Of a stretch of DNA of 64,000 nucleotides, positions 18,769 through 28,820 are shown one piece after another. The notes under the pieces are model-generated. The model ran no database searches, was not told where the DNA came from, and was given only the letters and a program-made list of their open reading frames with translations. A program made the position numbers and the translations under genes. The first letter of the stretch is position 1, and each line of letters opens with the position of its first letter. Source of the DNA: Candidatus Poribacteria bacterium (GTDB lineage Bacteria; Poribacteria; WGA-4E; WGA-3G). The DNA is taken from assembly GCA_965205025.1 (NCBI GenBank), contig CBDBFU010000015.1, forward strand, positions 64,001-128,000. The letters are read 5' to 3'.

Positions 18769-19086
18769 CTACACAAACTTAGTACACCTACCAGCTTTGT
18801 AATCTTCGCGAGCCTTTTCAATAAGGTTATCAAGCCTACCTGCTTCCATATCTTCTTTGATCTGCTGATCCCACGCTTCTTCTTTGGCAATGAGGGTTTG
18901 CTCAATCATATCCGGCAATTTTTGTTGGACGGCTTCGGCAGTTTCCGCAGCGTATTCTATTTCGGGTAGTTCAGCGATTGTTCCCTCCCAACTCTTTCCG
19001 TTCTTTTGGATATATGCGGTATAGGTTTCATCGAACAGTTTATTATAGATATAATAAGTTATCATTCCTTCACCAGTAATGACCAT
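18769..19086 (-). CDS. Antitoxin (HicB-like N-terminus plus WDQQIKEDMEAGRLD C-terminus)
   Basis: Acidic small protein 2 bp upstream of the toxin; WEGTIAELPE..AET HicB-like motif. Confidence 0.7.
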   Translation of the reverse strand: MVITGEGMITYYIYNKLFDETYTAYIQKNGKSWEGTIAELPEIEYAAETAEAVQQKLPDMIEQTLIAKEEAWDQQIKEDMEAGRLDNLIEKAREDYKAGRCTKFV

Positions 19087-19360
19087 ATTATATATCTCCT
19101 TGATTGTAAAATAATTCTTTGGCTATAAGGGTGGTTTTTTGTTGTTAATGCGATAATTCAATGGTATAATGTTTGTCTTAAAATTATTTTTTAGTCGCTA
19201 CTCAAGCGCGTTTGGCACGGCTCATACCATCGTTAAAGTGTATTTTGCTGTATGTAATACCATTTCTATTTGATTATATCTCATTAATGATTGAGGAAAC
19301 TCCTAAATTCTCTTATCAGGGACTTTAAGATGAATTGCGTAAATCCTAAATATTATTACA

Positions 19361-20923
19361 TTATACGATATCTTCTAATATTATAGTAACATTTTCTGCA
19401 ATCTGTTCTTCGAGTTGGTGTGCTTCGGAGTTTAGGATTTCTAATTCTTCATTAAGTTCTTGGAATCTTTGTTGGAAATCGAAATCCTCTTCTTCTTGTG
19501 CGGCTACTCCGACATAACGTCCAGGATTAAGACTCCATCCTTGTGCTTCTATTTCATCTATCGTTGCAACTTTACATAGACCGGGAACATCTACATATTC
19601 ACCATTAGGGAAGTTGGTATCAAGGAGTTCAGTATTGTTATTTAGATTTTCAGGTGATTCCTCTCGGTATAACCTTGCTATATTACCCAGAAATTCTATA
19701 TGTAATGGTGTGAAGTCTCGATGTGCTTTTCTGACTTGTTGGTATATGTTTCGTGCATCAATGAATAAGACTCTATCTTGTCTGTCTGTCTTCTGTTTTG
19801 GTTTATCAAAAAACCAGAGGGTGCATGGAAGTGTGACGGTATAGAAGAAGTTTGAAGATATACTTATCATTACATCTACTACACCAGACTGTATGATCTG
19901 TTTTCTGATTTCTAATTCCGATGCGCGTGCATCTGCAGCGGAGTTTGCCATGACAAAGCCTGCGCGTCCATTTTTGTTTAGGGAACTCAGGAACAGTTGT
20001 ATCCAGATATAATTTGCATTATCCACTCTTGGCATACCGTAAGGAAATCGTGGGTCGTCTTTTATACGTTCCATGTCAACTCTGTCAACATTAAAAGGTG
20101 GATTCGCCATGACATAGTGGAATTTATTTAATGCCTTATGTGGATCTTCATAGTAGCTGCTGGCTTGCCTAATATCTCCTTCTTGACCGTGTACAGCAAG
20201 GTTCATTTTACAGAGTTTAATCGTTTCGGCAACGCGTTCCACACCATATATACTGATCTGTCCTTGGTTTCCGTTTTGATTGTGATTTCGAATGAAGTCT
20301 TCACTTTGTACGAACATACCTCCTGATCCGCATGCTGGATCGAGAATACGACCATGAAACGGTTGAAGAATTTCAACTATGAGTTTTACGAGTGAGGTAG
20401 GTGTAAAGAATTCACCACCGCGTTGTCCTTCGCTCATTGCAAAGTTGCCTAAGAAGTATTCATAGACTTTTCCGAAAGCGTCTCCTTCAATCTGCGGAAT
20501 TTGTTCCATGATTCGTAATAATTCAATAAGTGTGCTTTTTTCGAGTCGGTTGTATGTTTTGGGTAGGACTCCTTCTAACTGTTGGTTTTCAGCTTCAATT
20601 GCTTTCATGGCATCCGTAACTGCCTGTGCAATGTTTTCACTTTCGGGTAGATTCAGGAGATGTTCGAATCTGGCATTTTCAGGTAGGTAGAATGCGCCGC
20701 GCGCTTGGAATAATGTTCTTTCATTTATCTGTAGTATTCTACTACCAGAGGATTCCGAAGTGATTTCTTCTCTGACTTGATGAAATTTATGGTCTGCGTA
20801 TTTAAGGAAGATAAGACCAAGGACAGGAGTTGAATATTCAGACGATCTAAGGTTTGAATTTGCCCTAAGTTCATCTGCAGTATCCCATAATCTCTGTTCA
20901 ATTTCGGAAAGGTTTGTATTCAT
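19361..20923 (-). CDS. hsdM: Type I restriction-modification N6-adenine methyltransferase subunit M
   Basis: [21 protein letters not shown]; start set at [13 protein letters not shown] (ATG 20923). Confidence 0.96.
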   Translation of the reverse strand: MNTNLSEIEQRLWDTADELRANSNLRSSEYSTPVLGLIFLKYADHKFHQVREEITSESSGSRILQINERTLFQARGAFYLPENARFEHLLNLPESENIAQAVTDAMKAIEAENQQLEGVLPKTYNRLEKSTLIELLRIMEQIPQIEGDAFGKVYEYFLGNFAMSEGQRGGEFFTPTSLVKLIVEILQPFHGRILDPACGSGGMFVQSEDFIRNHNQNGNQGQISIYGVERVAETIKLCKMNLAVHGQEGDIRQASSYYEDPHKALNKFHYVMANPPFNVDRVDMERIKDDPRFPYGMPRVDNANYIWIQLFLSSLNKNGRAGFVMANSAADARASELEIRKQIIQSGVVDVMISISSNFFYTVTLPCTLWFFDKPKQKTDRQDRVLFIDARNIYQQVRKAHRDFTPLHIEFLGNIARLYREESPENLNNNTELLDTNFPNGEYVDVPGLCKVATIDEIEAQGWSLNPGRYVGVAAQEEEDFDFQQRFQELNEELEILNSEAHQLEEQIAENVTIILEDIV

Positions 20924-20933
20924 ATTATTTCCT

Positions 20934-23900
20934 TTAGAAGAAAGAGCGACCGAGTGAATTACCTGCACCAAATGAATTATATGGCACACCAGCGGGTAAT
21001 GTGTGGAGACCCCAAGTTTCGGTGGTAGCATCATATCCAACACCCATGGATACTGCGGGTTCTCCAATTAGGTTGACTTGGAATGTGAAGTCCTGACGAA
21101 CTGTGTCATAAGGGGGTTCACGTTTTATTCCGACACGGCTCCATGAGATTCGTAAGTTCCAATCGTGTAAATTACGGTTCATACTTATCCGCTGTGAGTA
21201 AAACTGTCTTTCAATTGGATAATAGATAAGATTGAAATCAAACTCCAGATTTGGGTTCACACGATATCGACCGTTTGCAGTCATAGAACGTGATGCCCGT
21301 AACGATGTGTGTCTTTTACTGAAAGAATTACCAAAACTAACGTACCATTTCTTTCTTGTGTAGCGAATGTTCGTTCGGATTCCAACCATTTTGAATTGTT
21401 TTCCATCTACAGGATGTGGATTTGGGTCATGTGTCATTCGAACAGTCATATTTAGATTACGACTTGGAAGCGGTACAATTGTGAAGTCACTGTCAATCGG
21501 TTCATATTTTCGTCTATATAAAGATTCAAATTCTGTGAAGTCTGCTGTAAGCCGGGTATCAAAATAAAAGATACGATGAGCAGATTCGCTCCTACGTGTT
21601 TTTATTTCAATATTCGTATTGAAATTATAAGTTAGTCTTTTACGTTCATAGAAGAAAGTACTGGGTCCAAAAGGATAGAGTATGCTTTCCTCATCGATTG
21701 CAGGTTGGTAATCGAAAGTGAGTGTTGATTGTAATTCATGTCGTAGTTTTCTTACACCTGGAATATAGTTGGTCTTGTATATACGAAATAGTGTATTCGT
21801 TGCTTGGGATCTGATACTATAAACCCCACGTATAATATTTCTATTCTTTTCTTGATCTTTATCGTGCCATATCATGTTTGTATTCAGTGTGGAACTGAAT
21901 TTAAGTTCCCGTAAAGGAGTAATTAATAAGGTTGATTGTTTACGCAGATCAAAACCTAAATCTAAGGTTTGTAGAAAAACGTCATTTTCTTCACCAAATT
22001 TACCACGATACTGTTGTCGATAGAAGTTCCCGAACTGAATGTCCATGTCAAAGCTTGTGTCTTCAAGAGTAGGAAATGCAAGTAATGATAGTATTGGTTT
22101 ATCACTTTTCAGTTTATCAGAAACGGAAACTAATCGGTCATTAACGTATTCGAAAACAGGTAATCTGTTGAATCGCATTCGTGAGAAATTCAGTGTGAAT
22201 TGCGGTAGTTTCTGTAGGGCGGTTGTACCTTCACCGGAGAAATCCTGTACATGTCGCACCTCAAGTCTTGACGTAATATCCCCGATTGTTTCTTCTGAAT
22301 ATGTGAGATTACCGTTTTTATCAATATCTCTGTCACTTGCTGTGGACAAAGCGGATCCGTATGTAAGGATACCAAAGGATCTGAGAGTAGATTCGTTGGG
22401 TAGTTGGAAGTTTTCTTTATACGAGAGAGCGCGCCAATCAGCTCTTCCAATAAAACTAATGGGTCGTCGTCCGTCTTTACGGCTATCCCAAGGGGTAAAG
22501 AAAGATTGTCTATGTCCCCATCGCATATTCCAACGTCTTCCAATTCTTGTAGCATCTTGTCTACTAAATGAGTATTCGTCAGCCCCGTAGAAATATATAT
22601 CTCCAATATAGCTGCGTTTCTTATCCACTTTAATGAGACGAAACGACTTTTTTGTTTTTATAACGCGGCTATATTCACCTGCATATAGACTTTGTGCTTC
22701 AGAAGCGACTTGTCTTGGATCCTCCCATTTACCCCTATATCCATGTTTCCTATATACTTCAATCTTTTCTTCTTCTTCACCTTCTTCAGTATTTTCTCCA
22801 ACTTTTAAGACTTCTTGTTCATGTTCGTCCATGTCATGAGTCGGTCCATCTTCAACTTGTTCATTTTGTGTATTCTCATCATCCTCACTTGTTATAGTGT
22901 CTGGTGAAATATCAGGTGTCAATTCAGTTTCATCTGTAATTTCTGTGTCGATTGATTCTTCAGGTGCTTTGTCCTTATCCTCTATCATTTTAGGATCTTT
23001 TTCCTCAGTTTTTCGTTCCTCATCTGTTGTTGCCAATACTTCTGCTTGGAAAGTTTCCCAGTTAGCTTCGAACTCTTCGGCTAATTCTTCAAAAGTTGGA
23101 GTTGCCTCCTTTTTTATTAGTTGAAAAATGTAATTTCCTTCATCAGAGAACACAGGACGATCTTCCGTAATATCTCCGGGGTTTTCCATTCGTCTAATAG
23201 AGTATTGCCATGACTGTTCCATTTCATTCAGTGGCATACCTTCCCCATCATTTATTTCTGACAAAACTGCTTCAGGATATTCTGCAGCAAGTTCTTCAAA
23301 GGATTCTCCAGCGATTGCCCTTTCATGAATTTTCTCACCTAAATCTCTGATGCTTTGTTGTGTTTCACTACTTGCTTCAATTGATATATCAATTCTATAG
23401 AGTTTAATTTCCCGTTCACCATAAACATCAAGGATCCGTCCGACTTTCAGGATATGAAAGGCGGATTCAGTTCTCAAGAGATTACTAACTTCTCCTTCGT
23501 TGAGAGAAAAAGCTGCTTCTTCTAATACGGGGTCAAGTAAAGGAGTTCCATCTTCGTCAGTTTCACCTCGTGCAAGGAATCCCATATCCCCACCATCGTA
23601 ACGGGTATCAGTATGATCTGATTCTCTTTGTGCAATAGCTTGGAAGTCTCCATCTTCTTCATTCAACTGGTCAATGATTTTTTCCGCTTCTTCTTTTGCT
23701 CGATTAGCATCTTCTTCAGTAATTGTATATTCTAAAAAGATTTGTTTTAACCAATATCTATCGTAATCCCCTTCAAGTCGATCATATATTTCATTTGCCT
23801 TCTCTTCTAACTTTGTTCGTTGTGCTGGCGTGGCGTCAGGTGGTAAAGGAATATGTATCTCTCTGAATTGTGTATCTCGAAATCTGTATTTTCCTTCAAA

Positions 23901-24857
23901 ACCATATCCTTGTCCTCTCCTTGCGCTCCTGTCGTAAATAAGTGCTGCATCATACCGTTGTTTTCTTGCCAACGGCAATACAATACCGATATTTGGTCCT
24001 TGGTAACTATCGGTTCCGACTCTAACGATGATTTTGGCTATTTTGCCTTTTCTTAGGTCGCGTCGAATTGCGGGAAAATAGAAGAGTGGTATACCACCGA
24101 TCCGTAGAACGATATTCTTTGCGATCATTTCTTGGTTCATACGGATAATGACTTCTGATACGCTAAAATGGTAGTGTGGATGTTTTAGTGAACAGGTTGT
24201 TAGACTGCCACCTTTTATATAAGATTTTTTGTCCTCAATTTTGAAGATTTCGCTCCCACCGAAATACCAAGGATCACTAAAAGTGTAGCCGTTTCGTGCA
24301 ATTCCCTTTTTCGTTTCAAGGTTAAAAACAAGCTCATCCGAGTATGTTTCCTCTTCACCGACTTTCAGATAAACATTCCCTGATGCACGCATAAGATTAT
24401 CATTAAAATCTGCCCACACATGATCTGCCCGTAGAATCACATTATCATGTTTTATGAGTGCATTTCCATGGATTTGAACGAGGTTATCCTGCAAGATTAC
24501 TTCGTCCCCATCTCCGATGACAGTATCCGCATCTGGTGTCATCGTCTCTGGATCCAATGCTTTTATAGGAGCAATATCAGCTGAATCAGTATCTTGCTCT
24601 TCTTCAGTGTCGGTCTTGGTATCGGATTCAGGTACGGTAGGTGGTGAATCTTGAGCAGCGATTGGATTGAATGTAGAAAAAACAGAAAGAATTAGAATAG
24701 AGAGAAAAAGGGATGTTAATATAACTCGTTTTTTTGAGTATTTCTTATTCCCAGAATCTATATTTTTTTCTGAATGATGTAAAGAAAGTAGGATAGTGGA
24801 CTTTCTTTTATTTTCTTTTTTCTTTTTCTTATAATTTTGCACAGATTTATGAATCAA
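20934..24857 (-). CDS. lptD: LPS-assembly protein LptD homolog with inserted parvulin-type PPIase domains
   Basis: OstA-like N-domain ([38 protein letters not shown]), C-terminal beta-barrel, internal [28 protein letters not shown]; downstream of surA-like gene. Confidence 0.8.
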   Translation of the reverse strand: MIHKSVQNYKKKKKENKRKSTILLSLHHSEKNIDSGNKKYSKKRVILTSLFLSILILSVFSTFNPIAAQDSPPTVPESDTKTDTEEEQDTDSADIAPIKALDPETMTPDADTVIGDGDEVILQDNLVQIHGNALIKHDNVILRADHVWADFNDNLMRASGNVYLKVGEEETYSDELVFNLETKKGIARNGYTFSDPWYFGGSEIFKIEDKKSYIKGGSLTTCSLKHPHYHFSVSEVIIRMNQEMIAKNIVLRIGGIPLFYFPAIRRDLRKGKIAKIIVRVGTDSYQGPNIGIVLPLARKQRYDAALIYDRSARRGQGYGFEGKYRFRDTQFREIHIPLPPDATPAQRTKLEEKANEIYDRLEGDYDRYWLKQIFLEYTITEEDANRAKEEAEKIIDQLNEEDGDFQAIAQRESDHTDTRYDGGDMGFLARGETDEDGTPLLDPVLEEAAFSLNEGEVSNLLRTESAFHILKVGRILDVYGEREIKLYRIDISIEASSETQQSIRDLGEKIHERAIAGESFEELAAEYPEAVLSEINDGEGMPLNEMEQSWQYSIRRMENPGDITEDRPVFSDEGNYIFQLIKKEATPTFEELAEEFEANWETFQAEVLATTDEERKTEEKDPKMIEDKDKAPEESIDTEITDETELTPDISPDTITSEDDENTQNEQVEDGPTHDMDEHEQEVLKVGENTEEGEEEEKIEVYRKHGYRGKWEDPRQVASEAQSLYAGEYSRVIKTKKSFRLIKVDKKRSYIGDIYFYGADEYSFSRQDATRIGRRWNMRWGHRQSFFTPWDSRKDGRRPISFIGRADWRALSYKENFQLPNESTLRSFGILTYGSALSTASDRDIDKNGNLTYSEETIGDITSRLEVRHVQDFSGEGTTALQKLPQFTLNFSRMRFNRLPVFEYVNDRLVSVSDKLKSDKPILSLLAFPTLEDTSFDMDIQFGNFYRQQYRGKFGEENDVFLQTLDLGFDLRKQSTLLITPLRELKFSSTLNTNMIWHDKDQEKNRNIIRGVYSIRSQATNTLFRIYKTNYIPGVRKLRHELQSTLTFDYQPAIDEESILYPFGPSTFFYERKRLTYNFNTNIEIKTRRSESAHRIFYFDTRLTADFTEFESLYRRKYEPIDSDFTIVPLPSRNLNMTVRMTHDPNPHPVDGKQFKMVGIRTNIRYTRKKWYVSFGNSFSKRHTSLRASRSMTANGRYRVNPNLEFDFNLIYYPIERQFYSQRISMNRNLHDWNLRISWSRVGIKREPPYDTVRQDFTFQVNLIGEPAVSMGVGYDATTETWGLHTLPAGVPYNSFGAGNSLGRSFF

Positions 24858-26188
24858 TTGGATTCTGGTATACTTTTGTCAGTTGTTAATGTTGGAACTG
24901 CATCAGGTTTAATTTTAATATATGCATTTTCGAGCAATGAATCTGTATATGCAGTCCATTCTTTTTCGAATAGTTGTTGGCGTAATATTCCAACAATTTG
25001 TTGTTTTTCTTCAGCAGTTAACTCAGGAGTGATTCGATCATCTACTTGATAAATATGTATACCTTGTTCAGTTTCAAGTGGATTACTATACTTTCCCGTA
25101 TCAAGTTTTGAGATAACATCGCGTACTTTTGGAGTCAATTCGGTGAGAATTATAACTCCTAATTCCCCACCCTTGGTTTTAGTCTCTTCATCATCAGAAT
25201 GCTGTGTGGCGAGCGTATTAAATTCTTCACCATTTTGTAATTTTTTTATAATTTCAACAGACTTTTCACGTGCATCTTTCAGTGCAGATTCACTGATGGG
25301 AAAAGGTATTATCATAGAACGAAATGAAAATTTCTCTTCAGTCCGAGATTCGACTATGAAAATATGTAGACCATCATTGGATTCGACCGGTTCGCTAATT
25401 TGCCCCTGTTCAAGTTTAGAAAGGGTAGTGAGGAATAGATTAGAAAACTTAAGCAATTCTGCAGGAGATGTTTCAATTAGATTTCCAGCTTTTTCGTTAG
25501 AAGTTATACGTTGTGCGATTTTTTCAAACTGTGATTTATCTGCATTGATTTCTTCTAATGCTGTATTTGCTATATCATAAGCAGCTTTCTTATCTTCTTC
25601 TGTTGGTTTAAATGCGATAAAGATATGTCTCAAATGTATTCTTTCTGCTTTTGTTGGTAGTTGCTCCTGGTTTTCTCTAACAAATTTCTGTACATCACTA
25701 TCCCGTACCTGTAATCTTGGAATTATCCGTCCCATCACGAGTTTTTCAGTCATTAGATTACGTTGTATTTGTTCACGAAATGATTCAAAGGTAAGTCCAT
25801 CTCGGTTTAATAACTTCGTGAATTCTTCATCTGTTGGAATATTATATTTATCTTTAAAATCTTGTATCTGTTTTTCAATATCTGAATCAGAAACTTGTAT
25901 TTTAAGAGTTAATGCTGCTTCTAACAAGAGCATTTGACGTATCAATCTATCCAATAATTCACTTCGTTGTTTCTCGGCTTCTTTTTGTGCTTCAATTTCA
26001 CTGAAACGGTATACCTGTTGAAGTTCAAAGGCCCGTTGATTTACTAATACGTCGAGTCGTCTTTGTGTAATGATATCATCATTTACAAAGGCGATAATTC
26101 TATCTATGACACGTGCTGCACCGTATGAAGTGATATTGATTAGTAAAAGAATTAATAGTATAGTATAAATGAATGTCTTTGGTTTCAT
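24854..26188 (-). CDS. surA: SurA-like periplasmic chaperone/PPIase
   Basis: IDRIIAFVNDDIIT SurA N-domain and two parvulin domains (HIFI, GGELG, ETEQGIHI). Confidence 0.8.
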   Translation of the reverse strand: MKPKTFIYTILLILLLINITSYGAARVIDRIIAFVNDDIITQRRLDVLVNQRAFELQQVYRFSEIEAQKEAEKQRSELLDRLIRQMLLLEAALTLKIQVSDSDIEKQIQDFKDKYNIPTDEEFTKLLNRDGLTFESFREQIQRNLMTEKLVMGRIIPRLQVRDSDVQKFVRENQEQLPTKAERIHLRHIFIAFKPTEEDKKAAYDIANTALEEINADKSQFEKIAQRITSNEKAGNLIETSPAELLKFSNLFLTTLSKLEQGQISEPVESNDGLHIFIVESRTEEKFSFRSMIIPFPISESALKDAREKSVEIIKKLQNGEEFNTLATQHSDDEETKTKGGELGVIILTELTPKVRDVISKLDTGKYSNPLETEQGIHIYQVDDRITPELTAEEKQQIVGILRQQLFEKEWTAYTDSLLENAYIKIKPDAVPTLTTDKSIPESN

Positions 26189-26386
26189 GATCTATCTCCA
26201 GAATTTGATAGTTATTAGATCCTATTTGTTAGATATATTACTGGTTTATTGTTGTTTTGAATCGAAGAAAAATGACCAATATAATTCCTGATTTTTTCTT
26301 AATATCCAAACCATCAAGAGACCTATATGGTGACAGGTGTTATGGCAAATTTGATAAAATGTTTGTTTTTCTGAAAAATAATTGTA

Positions 26387-26500
26387 ATACCATTTCTATA
26401 GATTATTGTCTCATTAGGTGCTTATTATGGTAGTCATTTTCTGGTCACAAACTGAAAGTTTGTGGTACAAAAAAGAGACATTCTCAATTAGAAATGGTAT
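26387..26500. mobile_element. Family A 114-bp MITE-like element (uninterrupted)
   Basis: Perfect 12-bp TIRs ATACCATTTCTA/TAGAAATGGTAT; central CACAAACT-GAA-AGTTTGTG hairpin. Confidence 0.87.
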
Positions 26501-26674
26501 AACATTCATTTTGCTTTCTTCTTCAAGAGATATAGATCTCATTCCTAAATATAGATTTTTTAATTTCTGATCTGTCGTTATAGGTTTGTTGCTATAAGTA
26601 TTATTTTCTTCAATTTTTATTCAAAATTGTTGAAGAGTCGTACTTTTTGAATTGACACTATACGATTAATAATG

Positions 26675-26707
26675 AAGACGGGTAGATATAATTATCCTAC
26701 CCGTCTT
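26675..26707 (-). terminator. Stem-loop downstream of the PPIase gene, probable terminator
   Basis: AAGACGGGTAG..CTACCCGTCTT inverted repeat; weak U-tract. Confidence 0.45.
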
Positions 26708-26724
26708 GCAAATCAAATGAAGAA

Positions 26725-27711
26725 TTATTCTTCAGGAGTTGTTTCTTCTGGATTTCCTTCTTCAGGTGTAGTTTCTTCAACTTCTTCAGGGGTTTCGTCT
26801 TCTGGTATCCGGTCGATGAAGGTTTTTACTTCAGCCTGCTCTCTGAGAAGTTCAATCCATTTTTTCATTAATTCCTCACGTTGTTCACGTTCAACCTTTC
26901 TGATAACATCTTTTCGGACATCTTCTTCACTGAATGGTCTTTGAAAAGCGTCTCTGGCATCATCTTTGCGAAACATCATGTAGAATTTCTGTCCTTGTAC
27001 TTCGACTTCAATTACAGATGAGTGGATTTCTCCAATTTTGGCATTGAAAGCAGCATCCATAAACGGTTCAGTCCCTGTAGGATATGAGTTTCTACCGATG
27101 TAGTCGGTATCTCCAGGAGCAGCAGGATTTGCACCTGGTCCAACCAATTCCCCTCTATCAGAGAGTTCTTGTGCAGAGACTGCAATGTCTTTTCCTGCTT
27201 TTATTTCTGCGAAAACTTCATCAGCCCGTTCTTTATCCTGAAGTGTTATACAAAGGAGTTTTACCTGTTCGGGACGAACATAATTTTCCTTATTAACATC
27301 ATAATACGCTTGATAGAGTTCCTCAGATAAACTGATTTTTTGATCAACTTCCTGTTCAGTTAATCTTTCAATCATTAATTCATGAAGATAGTCTTTAACT
27401 TTCTTCAGAATTTCTGGATCTTCGTTAAGGTTCTGATCTTTTGCCAGACAGAGGATAAGACGACTTTCAGCCATAAGGGTCATGTATTCATATAGACCTT
27501 CTTTATCTTGGTATTGACGTTGTTTATATTCAGGTAGTTCACTGATTTCCTGCATCATTTCTTCAAGAGTGATTCTTTGCTTTCCATCCCATTCAAATTC
27601 AGCGATCACAGTTCCATCAGCACCGATAGCCTTATCACCACAACTATAGAAAAACGGATGAAGTGCCAGAATGGTGAGTAATAAAATTGAAATGTTACTA
27701 TATTTTTTCAT
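26725..27711 (-). CDS. PrsA/PpiC-like PPIase, probable lipoprotein, acidic ETTPEE-repeat tail
   Basis: Signal peptide ending FFYSC; RPEQVKLLCI, AAFNAKIGE parvulin-like motifs. Confidence 0.75.
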   Translation of the reverse strand: MKKYSNISILLLTILALHPFFYSCGDKAIGADGTVIAEFEWDGKQRITLEEMMQEISELPEYKQRQYQDKEGLYEYMTLMAESRLILCLAKDQNLNEDPEILKKVKDYLHELMIERLTEQEVDQKISLSEELYQAYYDVNKENYVRPEQVKLLCITLQDKERADEVFAEIKAGKDIAVSAQELSDRGELVGPGANPAAPGDTDYIGRNSYPTGTEPFMDAAFNAKIGEIHSSVIEVEVQGQKFYMMFRKDDARDAFQRPFSEEDVRKDVIRKVEREQREELMKKWIELLREQAEVKTFIDRIPEDETPEEVEETTPEEGNPEETTPEE

Positions 27712-27736
27712 GAATTTCCTCCTTTACAGTGTAAAT

Positions 27737-28714
27737 CTATTCATCAGATGGATTGTCTTGTTGTTCAGCTTCTTCTGGTTCTGGTTCAGGTGGTAATGGT
27801 ATGTTTTCTGGATAGGTTTTCAGTTTTGCTGCAGAAGACATTTCCTCAATCCATTCAAATATTCGTGCCCGTTTCTTTTCTCTGAGAACTTTCCGTTCAA
27901 TATCAGACTTAACTTCATCAAACTCTTTCTGCCGATCAGGTTGATGTTCTTCTTTTCGGAAAATGAGATAATATGTCTTATCATCCACATCAGTTTCAAA
28001 AACTGCCTCAGTCATTTCACCGATTTCCTGTTCAAAGGCTGCTTCTATGAATTCTGACCAATTTGGTGAAGCGCTCTTGGTAAAGAAGTTTGTGTTTCCT
28101 GGATCGTCAGCATTTTTCCCTGGACCATTAGCAAACTTGTTGTCGTCAGCAAGTGCTTTTGCCATTTCAACAATATCCTTTCCTGCTTTAATCTGATCCA
28201 AAGTTTCATGTGCTAAATCTTCATCGTCAAGCGTGATACAAGTAGCCCTTACTCTTGCTTCTTCAATGTAATCACCCTTATGTACATCATAATACTCCAG
28301 AAGATCTTCGTCACTAAATTGTACTTTGTCATCAACTTCGATTTCAGTAAGTTTTTCAACCATAAGTTGATGTGTATAGTCATCCATTTTATTTAAGAAA
28401 TCTTCAAGTTGATCAAAGCCTAAATCGGTTGCTTGCAGAAGTTTGAGTTTTTCATCAATATAGTCTTCTAAGAATTCTATTTTGCCTTCTTTGGTAGAGT
28501 AATTTTGCTGTCGATAGACAGGTAATTCAGCAATAGCCACTTCTAATTCGCTAAGTGAGATCTGTTGTAATTCTCCTTTCCACTTAAACTCAGCGATGAT
28601 AATCTGACTCTTGTCAATCTGTTGTTCTTCAGTATCATGATTATCTGATCTAACGAGTGTCCAAGTGAGAAAGCATGTTACCAATAAAGTTACAAGAATA
28701 ACGATTTTTTTCAC
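27737..28714 (-). CDS. PrsA/PpiC-like PPIase (paralog of the adjacent gene)
   Basis: Shares AEFxW..ELPxY, HxLMxExLT, CITL and AAF..IGE with 26725-27711. Confidence 0.75.
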   Translation of the reverse strand: MKKIVILVTLLVTCFLTWTLVRSDNHDTEEQQIDKSQIIIAEFKWKGELQQISLSELEVAIAELPVYRQQNYSTKEGKIEFLEDYIDEKLKLLQATDLGFDQLEDFLNKMDDYTHQLMVEKLTEIEVDDKVQFSDEDLLEYYDVHKGDYIEEARVRATCITLDDEDLAHETLDQIKAGKDIVEMAKALADDNKFANGPGKNADDPGNTNFFTKSASPNWSEFIEAAFEQEIGEMTEAVFETDVDDKTYYLIFRKEEHQPDRQKEFDEVKSDIERKVLREKKRARIFEWIEEMSSAAKLKTYPENIPLPPEPEPEEAEQQDNPSDE

Positions 28715-28820
28715 TTTAATGTTCTCCTTTTATAATATGAGACTTATCTTGTTTATAGTAGATTCAATAAATATGTTTACAGGTCATGGTAATTTTAGGT
28801 TTTACTATAATGTAATAGAC

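Noticed and set aside
18251-19290. Composite transposon around the TA pair formed by A-type TIR fragments (about 18258 and 19257)
   Set aside because: The two half-ends face outward, so they do not enclose the module.
20924-21067. 48-aa N-terminal extension of HsdM in the ORF track
   Set aside because: It overlaps the lptD 3' end; HsdM-like sequence starts at ATG 20923.
22039-22606. 183-aa and 138-aa ORFs inside lptD, and similar antisense or alternate-frame ORFs throughout the window
   Set aside because: They are shadow ORFs of well-supported genes, with no motifs.
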